Of a DNA stretch of 64,000 nt, positions 25,781 to 40,124 are shown piece by piece. The stretch lies in contig JALDTO010000215.1 in the NCBI GenBank assembly GCA_023515725.1, positions 211,053 through 275,052 of the forward strand, read 5' to 3'. A model generated the notes under the pieces. That model saw only the letters and a program-made list of their open reading frames with translations. It did no database searches and was not told where the DNA came from. This stretch comes from Amoeboaphelidium protococcarum X5 (taxonomy: Eukaryota; Fungi; Aphelidiomycota). The position numbers and the translations under genes are program-made. Numbering within the stretch: the first letter of the stretch is position 1; each line of letters begins with the position of its first letter.

Positions 25781-27419
25781 TCAGCAGGTGGCGAATACTA
25801 TACACACAGTCAGATTATCAAGTAGAATAATCTGCACCGACAAGCAACATTCTTGGCGGAACCAGGTTTCCACCGTGTGATTAGACACGCGAGTAACACT
25901 GTCTCTGTCTTCATCTAAATACAAAAGATGAGATATCTCGTGTCTGACTTGCAGTACATTATCAGCCAGATAATCTTGCAAAAACTCAACCTTGGATTGC
26001 TAGTTGCTCTAATAACCAGTGGTGTCATATACAGCTGTGAAAATCACAGTCTACAATCTTGATTCCAAACAAGCAACAAAACTGACATCTGATGCAGTCA
26101 ACATATCAGCCACTCGATCGTCTTTCAAATCAGAGGCTTTCGGAGCTGCTTTTAGATAGAACATTGGTAAGCTGACGCGTTACTTCTTTCGTATCACCAG
26201 AATTTACTCATCATCACCCAGTTCAGGAAGTTGAAAGGCTTCAGTAGCATTTTATAGGCCAAGTTGAGGAGTATTCGTGAATGAAGCGGCTTCCTTGACT
26301 GGAGTCGGCAAACTGAGGCACTCACTTTATCTAACGTTGCCAGTATTGGTGACTTTTCTTTATGGAATTTAACATTTTTGGATCAAAGTCATCAGGTACT
26401 GCTCCATCAGTCTTTCATCCAACTACTCGGATGCCAAAGATTTCAAAGATATAGAAGAGTTATCATTGACCAATTCACCCAAACCACTTCTTGCCAGTCT
26501 TGCTGTCTCTTCGCGATACTTTCTATCAGCACCCTTGTCCCGGAATACCTTGACGGAACATTGACAAGACTCATAGTACGTGGACGTATAGGAGACAATA
26601 TTCAACGTGCATATGACACCACGAACTCCCTTGTTTGAGCTGAAATCAGTACTCAGAAAGTTGAATTTTACATACGCCTCGCACTTGCCACTCCACTCAA
26701 CAATGATAAATCTTGAGGACTATTTAGGAATGACTTGTTATGGATCGCCACGTCCGCCATCATCTTGATCGCCATGAAACTGATTTTGCAGATCAGACTG
26801 AATTAAACGCGACGTTGACTCGCGTTGTTTCAACTCCATTTCAATTGGCTAAAAAGTCTAATCTTCACCTACATAAATAGATTTTACAAAGTTTGATAAG
26901 TTTATATCGTGTCATACTAAAATATAGATTTATAAAAGTCTTACAGTTCTAGGCACATATGGTCCATGCCTCTTGGGAGTCAATCGGCTCTTTCTCTGCC
27001 ACATCAACATAGATCAATGAACGCACCTTTTCATTCTCAGCACCACCATTATCTATCAAAGTTATAGGCACAGACTAGCCTTTATTGGCATAGATAAGTT
27101 AACCTTATATTACGTTAACTTCACTGGCACGCGACGGGTACGCTTACTGAGCGTGCAGGTCCGTTTTGAAACGGTCTGCACCCCCGCGTCTTCCCGAGCC
27201 TGGTGGAGTGAACAGTAACATATTTGCAGGTTCTTAAAGTCTAAAGAGATCTACTACTTGCTATTACTATGTATAGGCGTATCTCAGATTCCCGGCTGGG
27301 ACAATGTAATTCGATTTCAAGGACGACGTGTTATGATCTGTCAGAATTTCCATTTTGAGCCATTGTTGTTTCCCTATTGGATCTGCATCGTGGCGTTCAT
27401 CTTTGCTATTGGACGCCAT
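25781..27419 (-). CDS. CP2/Grainyhead-family transcription factor; intron 26869..26944
   Basis: LIYANKGQSVPITLID…KVRSLIYV in exon 1; FLSTDFSSNKGVRG…CQCSVKVFRDKGADRK in exon 2. Confidence 0.85.
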
Positions 27420-27591
27420 TGTCTCTATCAATCTGCGCCACAGCCACAAAATTAGTAAAGTCGATCAAGGTGGGGAGATGTTGATCATCTCCTAGGTGAC
27501 TGATTGAAATATGCATAAAAACGGTTTAGTGTTTAGGTCATTTAATGGGGAAAGTGTATTTACCAACCTTTTGAATTCATAAAATACTACA

Positions 27592-30585
27592 TCACTGATA
27601 TTACTGCTTGATTTCACTCTACTTTTCGCAGAGTCTACGGAACGCAAACTTTCCATTAGAGTCCAACATGGCCATGATCACTTCTTTCTGAGTATCCTCA
27701 ATTACACCAAGAAGTGTGATCTAAATCTTCATAACAAGTGAGGCCACCTCATCATTAGATACCTACTGGGACATTTTAGTAAGAAAGGCGATAAGTGGAA
27801 TAGCATGCTGCTTCATAGAGATGATAAATGACGCGTTCTAACACAATCCTTTGGTGAGTCTCAGGATGCATGTACCAAGTTCCAGTGCTTGGACTAACTC
27901 AGCCTTACGAAGATGTTCAAAGAGAGGCTTCATAAGGCAGATCACTTGAGGTAAAATCTTATACGCGTTTTGCACTGTAAGTACTCTATAAAGTAAAATA
28001 GCCAGAGTCTTGACTTCCTAGAATTATGTAAGTAAGCTTTTACGTGCAATTATCAAGTTCAGAGACTTTTCCAGTGCAGAAATGCCAGAGAACGCCCCAT
28101 CATCATGACTTATGGCAACATGTAAAGTCTTCATATATAGAAGCAAATCTAGCTTATCTACTTTATGAGCCAACTCTAAACATTTATCATAATTCAATGA
28201 CAAGTCCAATTATCCGCTTCTAGATATACAATATATCTACGCGTAAACTTCCCACTGAACATTACGAAGCGCTTCTTCCAAGAACTCTATCTTTCCAGAT
28301 TGTCTGTATAAACCTTAAAGAGTCAATTCCAATAGCGTTACATGCTCAGAGACTTGTGGATTAAAGGCATTAAATAGTTGGGATAAATCTTCACTCGAAA
28401 CAGAATCTGACGCTAGAGTCCATATGCATCTATTAATGAACAAATATTGGTGAGAAATGGCAGCATCGCAAATCTTATTCCTGTAAGAGATCTTCTTGAG
28501 ATAATACTTTTGGAACAGCTTGAACTGCTGTAAATCCAATTAATTAGCATTTATGGAATCAACCAGCAGACTAACTATAACTTTATCGCACGATTATGTT
28601 CCCGCAAAGTGACCGAGCAATTGCCACCGACGATCAAAATCTTTCACTTGTAGCACGACATCGAAAAGCTGCTTTTGACAATCAACGTTATTTTTTAACT
28701 ACTGAAGTAGCTGAGAGGCTACTTTTGTTGAGATTCTCCCAAGTTTAACGCCTTCAACAAATACAGTACTAAGAATCTACTAATCATCAAGTGGACCCCT
28801 ACAATTCATTAAAACTTTTATAGCAGACTCAATATGATTCCACTCCTTATTATCAAGACTCTACTGCAAAAACTTGACACAAATCTGTTGCAGTTGATAT
28901 TAAAACTCATTATCAAATACATGAACAGGCAAATAAGGCAGAACTGCACTCAACTGGTCCATTTCCAACATTTACAGTACCTGCAAAAGAGATTAGGCAG
29001 GAACGCGCAAAATAAATCGCCATAAATCCATACACTTCAACTATTTGCCAAACTACACAAATATAACGCGCAAAACTGACTTTTAAACCTCAGGACAAAG
29101 TTGCCTTAAATATGGCAGACTTTAAATGGCAATTCTCTTCTAATAATCCGACTCCAATTCATCTCCACATTCTACATTCATTACACGCGCAGCATCAAAT
29201 TCCAATTAGTTTTCTAGACTACTATCTTTTAGAGCTTCAAGCATTTTCTTATAACTTCCACCTAAATCTCCTAATTCTTCGCCATTTCCAAAAGTAATCA
29301 GCCATTTACACATACCAAATACAATTTCACTTCTCACAATCTAATTAGGTAACTGAAGTGGAACATCATTCAACAAGCTGACCACCCTTTCAATCAGAGC
29401 GGAATATAAAGATTATCTCAACTGAATGCTCATCTACTTGACATGAGCTACTAGAGCTTATAGAAATATACTGGACCTGTAGACATTATTCTCGCACACG
29501 GGCAGAAAAGATGAGGTGATGGTCTACAGACAAGAGGTGAAAAAGTCAACGCCTTTACCAATCCGACACTAGTATTTGAGTATCAGCACAATCAGTTACG
29601 TTAACTCAACGTGATCAGACTGTAGACCTCGTTCAACGTGATTTTATACAATTTCAGCACACAACAGATTCCCGTCAATATGCATCAATTCAATTAGGAT
29701 AGCAGTATCAGACATGCAGTCCTAAGAATCTTTCAAAATAGATTATATGAACACTTCATCGCCTTTAAAAGATAATCCGTTGCACCGCACAATCCGTAGA
29801 CATTGACTGAGAACCTTTGGCAATTAGAGCAATCCCGACTACTGTTCGCCAGTGCACAAATAGGACAGAAAACCGGCAACCAAAGCTCTCAGCTCAATCT
29901 ATCGCTACATTGATACACTACTACAGCCGTATGACATGATGCAAAATATGTATAGCAGAGTAGATGAAGAATCAACATCATTTACGCAAGACTTTAGAAG
30001 AACCAGCAGTTTGTACTAAAAAGGAGCATACTTAGCGTTGATTGATCGCTTCTGAGATAGCAACTGATTAAACGTCTCCCAATGACTATATGCAAACAGA
30101 GCTCCATTCATCCACGCGTCAAAACATTTATAACTCTAAATTACTTTCACATTAGACAAGGCCAGCTCAAAATCGCACTTTAAATCTTTCAAAGTTAGTC
30201 TACGAGCAATTTCATCAGCAAACAGACACTCACCACTTTAAGCGCCCTCAGAAGTCACTACGGCACATAGAAGCTTTATCAGATCAGAGTTATTAAGACC
30301 ATCCGAACATTTAATAATTTATATTCGAGCAGATTTAGATAAAATCCTTTAATCAACTTTTTGAAATAACCACAATATCAGTCCAAATACCTGACGATTA
30401 TGAGATATGGGCTTTCTCATCAAACGCGTCCACCACTAAAGCAACGCGTCCTCATCCATCTATTTATTATCATCTTTTATACTATCCTAATAGTGCCTCT
30501 AAATCTATAAACATATGTAAGATATCTAAGATTAGTCCTCTGGAAAATATTATTCCATGAGCTCATGGTTATTACTAGCTTGCAT
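27592..30585 (-). CDS. Urb2/Npa2-like nucleolar alpha-solenoid protein (~997 aa)
   Basis: Start, the two track ORFs and the stop share one table-6 frame (interior not read codon by codon). C-terminal HAIPLIAFL…ITLLGVIED…AMLDSNGKFAFRRL resembles the Urb2 domain. Confidence 0.55.
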
Positions 30586-30889
30586 AATTTTTAGTCTTTT
30601 TCACACTGTACTTCAGTCAACTGGTAAAGACTGATGTCTGAGAAGAAGCTCGCAGTTACTATGCAGATTCAAGCGAAAAGGCAAATCAATACTGTTTTTT
30701 AAGACTAAAGTAAGAGAAAGAAGTAAATACGAGATTTAAAGCATAAACTGCATGTACAAAAGTTACAATCTATACAGACACAGAAGATATCGATAAAATG
30801 AGTGTTTGAAACGCGTCAACGCAGTTTCTCTTATTATTGTTTACGTACAAATTCAAGTTAGTAAAACACAAATACTATATCACAATACG

Positions 30890-32817
30890 TCAAAGAGCAT
30901 CAATGACAAGATCGCTTTCAGATTGCGGCAAATTGGCCATATTTTCGCGGTCTTCACCCGCGGCATTATGGTCAATGTATTGCTGTAAACTCTGCAGTGA
31001 AGATGATCCTGATTGTGAGCTCAATCCACTCTTATCTGACAACTTGCTTGATCTACACAGCTAACTAATAACAACTATTGCTGAATGCAAACGCTATAAA
31101 GTTACCTGATATTAAGAGATCTTAATAAACGCTACTTGCTTTCATTCTGCACCTACCGCTTCTTTTCGAGTGTCAATCGATCGACAGCACGTTCCAGTTC
31201 AAGCTTCTTCTCAATCAAGTCATGCTCCCTCTGCAGAAACTCTTTGATTTACACCGACATTTAATCAATCTGAGCGTCGGAGCTCTCAACCATTAGAGTC
31301 AACTTCTCTTGATTTTGTCTACTTATTGATAACTGAGCAGAGACACTATCTTTAATAGAAGTCAACTCTACAATCTGACACTCTAGTTGGGAGATTTACT
31401 TTACCAGATCAGCTCTTTCATCATTCAATCTTCCCACTTTTAACTAGTGCTGCCGTTTAATGTCTTCAATCTCATTTCTCCATAGCTGCGTAGTCTTTTG
31501 CTATTCGAATAACAATGTTTACACCTCCTTCTTCAATTGCTGATTCTCCATCTTGAAAGAGGATAATTCTTGATGATACTTTTCAATACTTTGCGAATGT
31601 TGTTATTTGATAGCTTTCATCTTGTTATCATTACTCACAATCACAGCCTCCTTACTAGCAACCAACGATTCAACTTCTGATTTCCGCTCATTTAGCAGCT
31701 TCACATGTTGAATTAATTCAGATTTCATACTCTCATTCTCCTACTCCAATTGTCTAATACGACTAGATTTGATCTCACTTCCCTACTATAGTAATTGTTT
31801 GTCACTCTCAAGTTTAGACTCCATACGAGACATTTATTAACGCAGAGCCTCCAACTGATGCACAGATTAATCTCTTTCACTGGCCAGCTTCCTTGACTTG
31901 TTATTCAACTCTTCCAACTAGTTACTCTTTCTCTCCATGGCTGACTGTGAGGACTTGACCACCTATTCTAGTTCAAGTTTCAGGAGGAGATTATCTTTAC
32001 TCACTAACGCCAACTACGATTTCAGATTAGCACTTTCAATCTGCAAATCAGTAATTTCATCGAACAGTTTCCTCTACTTCTTATTATGATCATCAGTTAG
32101 CAAAGATACTTCTTACTCAATCTATAGCTTAATACCATCTTTAACAGACTGCAGTCTATGATTTAATCGACTAATATCCTCCAGCAATTCAGCTTCCCGA
32201 GCAGATTATTGACCATCGCTGCTAGTATTAATAATCTAATTCTCTCTAACAATACGCTTAGCTTCTTCAACTACTGCCAGATTATCCGCTTTATCATTTT
32301 CCAACTCCACCACCCTCTCCTCAAGAGTATTGAATGAAGACTGAAGCATATCCCGCTCCCGCTGAACAATGCTCAAATCCTCCAAAGCTTCTGCATAATA
32401 TATTTTGAGAGATTAATGTTCATCAGACAGTTTGGAATACTATTTCAAATCATCATCCACCTAACCCAGTTCTCCAATAGTGCCTTTATATGCCAATTGC
32501 AAGTCTTTGTTCTCCTGTAGCAGTTGCTTAATCTGCTGCTTCTAAGAACGATTATCCTTCTACAACTTTTACAGACTTTCGCGGTGGTGAGATGCATCTG
32601 CTGCATATTACTGCAGACTATTCAGATTAGATTTTAAAGTCGCAACTTCTTCTAACAATTACTAATTCCCAGACTCTAGCTGGTAAACATACTATCTCGC
32701 AGCCAGTAATTCTTCACGACAGTCACCCACTGCTCTCTTCAACTCTGACTTTTCCTATTCCAAAACATTCAATTTTTACTGCAACACTTGAGCCAACTAC
32801 AAGTCTGTCTATGCCAT
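30890..32817 (-). CDS. Long coiled-coil protein, possibly centriolar (SCLT1/SDCCAG8-like); probable intron 31053..31105
   Basis: Heptad-rich Q/E/K/L composition across ~620 aa; family assignment tentative. Confidence 0.6.
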
Positions 32818-33056
32818 TTATCGTTTTATAAATTTACGCTAATGAAACGTATATTCTATTGAGGAACTTTGACAATTCTATGATATTAAACTTTTATAGA
32901 AAGAAAGCGATTCCAAGCGACTTTGATAGATCAAACAGAATCAAGAGCTCTTGTTCACGTTAAAGGTGTATGGTGAGTTGTAACTTTAATATCTCTAAAA
33001 ATATTATAAAATTAATACGCGGAATATATCGATACATACTTATAGATATAAAGTAT

Positions 33057-35186
<2,130 letters not shown>

Positions 35187-35310
35187 TATTATGTTGAATA
35201 ATTTTTGTAATTGAAAATTGTGTTAGATACATTTAAGAAGAGATCAAAAGTAACGCATAAAAGTTTTTGTCAATTTCTTCACCTTCAATGCTCTGTTTAT
35301 AAGGGGTTTC

Positions 35311-35945
35311 GATTAGGCCTCCCAAATAAATGAAGAGTATGGAAAAAATTTGCAAATATTTGAGTTTCAATCGAACATATTGCGGGGGGAAATATTTGAT
35401 GTTTGTGCAAATATATTCGATCAAATATTATATTTGATATTTGTATTACCTCACTTATTGTTCAAGAAGATTAGTCGATGTTATGTAACAACGCCCCGTC
35501 AAAGTCCATAATATTTGCATCTTCATACTCATAAACGGTTATCTTCAATTCGCACAGGCGTACCACGATCTCGGGGTAACATTTCCGAACGCAAGTTAGG
35601 CCTGGCTACTACGCTTAGAGCTAGACTGAGCTTTGCCTTTCCCCATGACTAGCAGACTTAGTACAGGAAGATAATGAGCGCGAAAGAGGCTCGAAAATAG
35701 ACATAGCTTCATAAGAGGCGTAAACATCACCTCTTGATGGCGTTCTACAATTAGATTAACGCCACGGGACGGAGAATATCGAAGACGTGTCAATCACGTT
35801 TACACATAATATATTGCAACAAGTAAATCAAATATTTAAAAACATTTTAAAATATTTCCAATCGAATATTGTCTACTCAACTTTATTTGATATTTGTGCA
35901 AATCAAACCAAACAAATAACAAATATTTAATTGGGAGGCCTAATC
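35311..35945. mobile_element. Non-autonomous TIR DNA transposon (MITE-like; possibly hAT-derived)
   Basis: 15-bp perfect inverted termini GATTAGGCCTCCCAA (35311-35325) / TTGGGAGGCCTAATC (35931-35945), extending imperfectly with TAAAT; subterminal arrays of AAATATTT-type motifs at both ends. Confidence 0.85.
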
Positions 35946-36242
35946 TTGAAGTCAGCAATTTTCACTACACTATAAAGCGGTAAAAAAACTTGGTTTATCT
36001 GTTGAGCTGAAACCGTGATGACGCGTTTCACTGACTAACTCGCTATCTTTATCACACAAGAGTTGATACAAAATATACTTGTTATATCTCAAATTCACTT
36101 CACCCTTTTACCTTATACTTAACATTATCTTGATAAGTACGATTGGAATAGTGCGTTGGATACAGCAACCAAGTTAAATAGGCAATTGTTAAATCATATA
36201 TGAAAAAATGATGTATCTAATTCATGCAAGATCAGTCATGTT

Positions 36243-37832
36243 TCAAGGCTTATAGTCAACTTCCGGGACAAATTTGCTAGGGATGAATGCCTTAGGAATT
36301 TCACCATCAGGATGTCTTTATATAGATCTTGACAGGAAGAAGATGTCTCCAGCTCCTAGCTCGTCAGCGTGGTACTAGACTTAGCAACCTTCATCGCGAC
36401 AAACGGAGGCATAACCAGTTCTGAGGACCCGCCTCTCCAGTCCTTTACGGATACATTCATAACACGTGCTGGACGTATTCAACTCCGGAACAACAATGGC
36501 TCTTGCATGATCATTCAGAACGCCCATGAATTTTCTAACAGGGAACTAATTGTTGTTGATGCGGTCAGATATGGCCCATGCACCATAGTAAATCGCAAAC
36601 TTGACGCAATCCTGACTTTTTAACACAGAAACGCCAAGAACTTCCCTCGCCATATCAAGAATCGCATGTCTTTTATTAACTTTTTGATTATGTTGCAGCT
36701 TGAGAGTAGCGCGTGAGCTATAATAGTCCATCTAATCTTCCAATTTTGAATATGACTCACGCAGAATACATCTCAATTTAAGAGTATCCCCATGAGTCTT
36801 GGGCAATTAGAACTAACTACAGACCACAGAAAAATCTTATATTTATCGACCATACGCAGCACCCCCAACGCGAGCCAGGTAATTTCCTTTAAAAATAACG
36901 CTACGGCGAGCTTATTCATAACAAATTTGATTCTCCCGGGAGGCCTTACTAATGCGGAGCAGGACAGAGTAGGAGATGTAATTTTTTGTTCAGAATAAAT
37001 GGCTATCTCAATGGCACCTTTTGATATCGACTTTTGGAGCAGGGAACTTATAACAGATCCTACTACAAGACTTATTACTAGCAAAATCTTATTCCATCTA
37101 AAGCTCGATACGCTAGATCTCAAATTAAAATTGTGCAGCAGAATCCATAGAGATATCTGAGTCCACTTCATAATCAGACAGAACATCATTGTGGGGATCA
37201 CCATCTTCATCACGCGTAATCTTGTAGTCAATACCGACAGTAAAGGATACAAGCTTTTCGAAGGCTGTCTCAGTAATGAACTGAACAGTATCGTCCTGCA
37301 AGACTTAGAAAATAGATGTCCACTGTTTAATTACTTAGGGTCTTGGCGTTATATCAGCGTCGTTCTAGACAAAAAACTCCATAATTTCCAAATGATGCTT
37401 TTGCGGGTGGGTCAGAGATTTCGCATGAAATTTGTAGATTATTGCGTTCGTTATAGACTACAATGTCAGCCTCGGTATGAATATCTGATCTTGCTTTAAG
37501 CAGATAGTGTCCAACAAATTATATATTGCAGATAGACGTTATAGCCGTCTTAAAACTGTGCACAAACCACTCGGATAAAGTCTATTCGTTTAGGATTTCA
37601 TTATTTTTACACTGTACTTGCGACGTTCCTCCTTCTATATGTTTATTTTCCAGGATGAAGTGCTTTGCCATCTTCACGCCAAGCGCGTATAACAGTATAT
37701 AACTTTTATAACGGACACCTTCAAAAGAGTAGGCGGCGGCCAATGGGACAGAAGATACCAAGTCTACTTCGGTAGTAGTATATCGTACCACTCCTGAATA
37801 GCAGCAACCCGTTCATTAATACTCTCCCTCAT
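36243..37832 (-). pseudogene. Decayed Fanzor/TnpB-like RNA-guided endonuclease gene
   Basis: C-terminus IYYGAW…FPVRKF…AIVVPELNTSSTCYEC…VCRDEGCQVQYHADELGAGDIF…PKAF matches RuvC-II E + CxxC/CxxxxC finger + RuvC-III D. In-frame TGAs at 36990 and 37008; frameshifts near the 5' end. Confidence 0.75.
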
Positions 37833-38010
37833 TTTATTCAGTCTAGAACTATATTCCTAGTGGAAATTGCGATTAAAATCGTATCTGCTGGTGAAGTATT
37901 CTTTTGGGTAAGGAAAAGGTAACGCGCCACAACGAATTTCTTCTTTTATGAAAGTACGAACGAAATTGCAGCCAAATCTCTTCTCTGCTTTTAATATCAC
38001 AACCAAAACC

Positions 38011-39737
38011 ATGATATTCGCTAATCATTTAAAAAGCTAATCTCGTGTCGTTTTGAATTAAATATATCAAGATTCTCCGTCTTCATGCCTCGCAGTGTTC
38101 AGAATGTTGCAATACGGTTCGCAATTGATTCTGATGCGATTACTTACAGCACCGCATGAACTTTCCATCAGCTCCGTGTTATTGAGATCATGGTTTATGT
38201 CAACGCCTCAAGGTCGCTTACAGTATGAACAGTCGGTAGAGCAATTAAAGTCTCTCGCCATTCTATTACCGGGCCCTGGAAGCGATGTTGATGATGATGA
38301 TGATGATGTGATGGGCATGGAGGGAATGGATGGCGATCTCAATACTGATGAAGTTTACACAGTGAACGCGCAATTCAAATTAGGACTCACATAGACTTTA
38401 TTAGGAACGTAAGATTGTTAAAGTAAATTTTTATGAATTCTCGATGGTTAGTTTACATCATAAAGTGTAGTGCAGAGCGAGGATCCTTTGGAATCTAATG
38501 TTAATCTATTGATTTGACCAAGAAGGCGTCAATGCTCTCTCCCGCCCAGTTAGAATATTTTGCAAGTACAAAATGGGAAGGTATTCTGCATTTTATGGTT
38601 GGATCTGGTCAGTAGTTGAAAACAGTGACACCTTCATAGAATGTCCTGTAATTGCTACTGGATTCTGGCCTTATGCAAGTGTTGGATGGAGATATAGATC
38701 GAAAAAGAAAATCATCAACCAGAGCTGCCACTTCTGATATGCATATTACTAATCTAGGCTTTTAATTTCTATTGCAGGATATAGTCACGTAGGTGTAGAG
38801 TATTCTCCTTTATTACGCGGATGCTGTATAAAAACTCAATGGAAATAATGTTCGTGTCCAAGTTGAAGTCTTTCAGATGATATTCATGTTGGGGCAGTTA
38901 CAGATTGGTCGACCATATGAGATCACTTTAAGTCAACAGTCGCGGTATACAGAAACGCAGATTACTCTCTTGGATGATCTAAGTGAACTGGGCCTCGTTC
39001 GTATAGTGTAGAGTGATTCTAATCTACTGGTATTCACACCCACTTAGTTATGCTCTGCTATTAACGCGTCCACTTCATCATCTGCGGTATCGTCTTCGTC
39101 ATCTCTATAGATTGGTAGTAATAAGTTTAACAATACTTAAGTACATCAGCAAGACTCCTTTATTATTGTGGAAACCAATTTCCGAGTGTATGCTTACACG
39201 GATTCACCTCTCAAGATATCCATCATATCGCTATTCACTCAGATCAATGCCAGGTTCCCCAACTTTGTGGTTGGTCAAGTAACGAGAGATTCAGTGAGAC
39301 GGGCATTAAGGAATGGTATTACGGCCAAGTTGATTTGCTAGTTTCTTTAATCTCACGCACATCCTATTGTGGTCAAGGCGCAGCAATAGTAACAGTATGG
39401 AATGAGCCATCAGAGTAATGTTCCGCCATCGGTGATTGATCAGATTTGCTTGTGGGAGATTGAAAGGAATCGATTGGCTCTGAAAGATGGCTTTTTATAC
39501 CGCGACTTTAGTGTGGAAGAAGAGTGGGAGGCTACGCTGAAGTATGCCCAAGATCTTAATATTCTATTATGGACATCGACGCCCAGTACAATGCTATCCT
39601 AATAGAGTTCATCATCATCATCAGTTACTGGTCTTAGTCTGCCAGTCAATAAGAGGCAGCTGGTTGTAAGTGCTGAAGGCCATCAACTGCTCAAAGAGTT
39701 TGTTAAAAATTGGTCCATCTAGCAAAAGAATTAGTGA
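38011..39737 (+). CDS. TFB2: TFIIH subunit Tfb2/p52; intron 38409..38470
   Basis: [14 protein letters not shown].(Q)GF(Q)[64 protein letters not shown]. Confidence 0.95.
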
Positions 39738-40124
39738 TTATTATTATACACACCAAGTTTCTTAAAGTGACTAGATACACGTATTTTAGTCTCTTGTTGG
39801 TTGGTATTAAAGGTTTTACCGATCGTATAAAGAGTTAGTTCTTCACACCAATCTTTCTCAGTTAGAGCTTTCTCTGACTGCCTGACCGACTGTCTTTCCT
39901 CTCTCGCTCGTTCTCAATCGCAGCGAAACGGAACGGAACGCGCCGTAAAAACTGTCTGATCGACCGTCGAAGGATCATCTCTTTCTTTTCTTTGTCACCA
40001 ACCGCAGTAAGTGTGTTATCATATCAGGAGTCCTACCGTTCTAATTAAAGATCAAGTATTAGGATTAAAACTATCTTATTTTGAAAGATTATTTTATTAT
40101 TTACAGAGATTTGTTCGAGACGTA

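Noticed and set aside
36103-37920. Weak inverted match CCTTTTACCTTA / TAAGGAAAAGG flanking the Fanzor-like ORF as possible element ends
   Set aside because: Short, low-complexity and gapped; no TSD seen.
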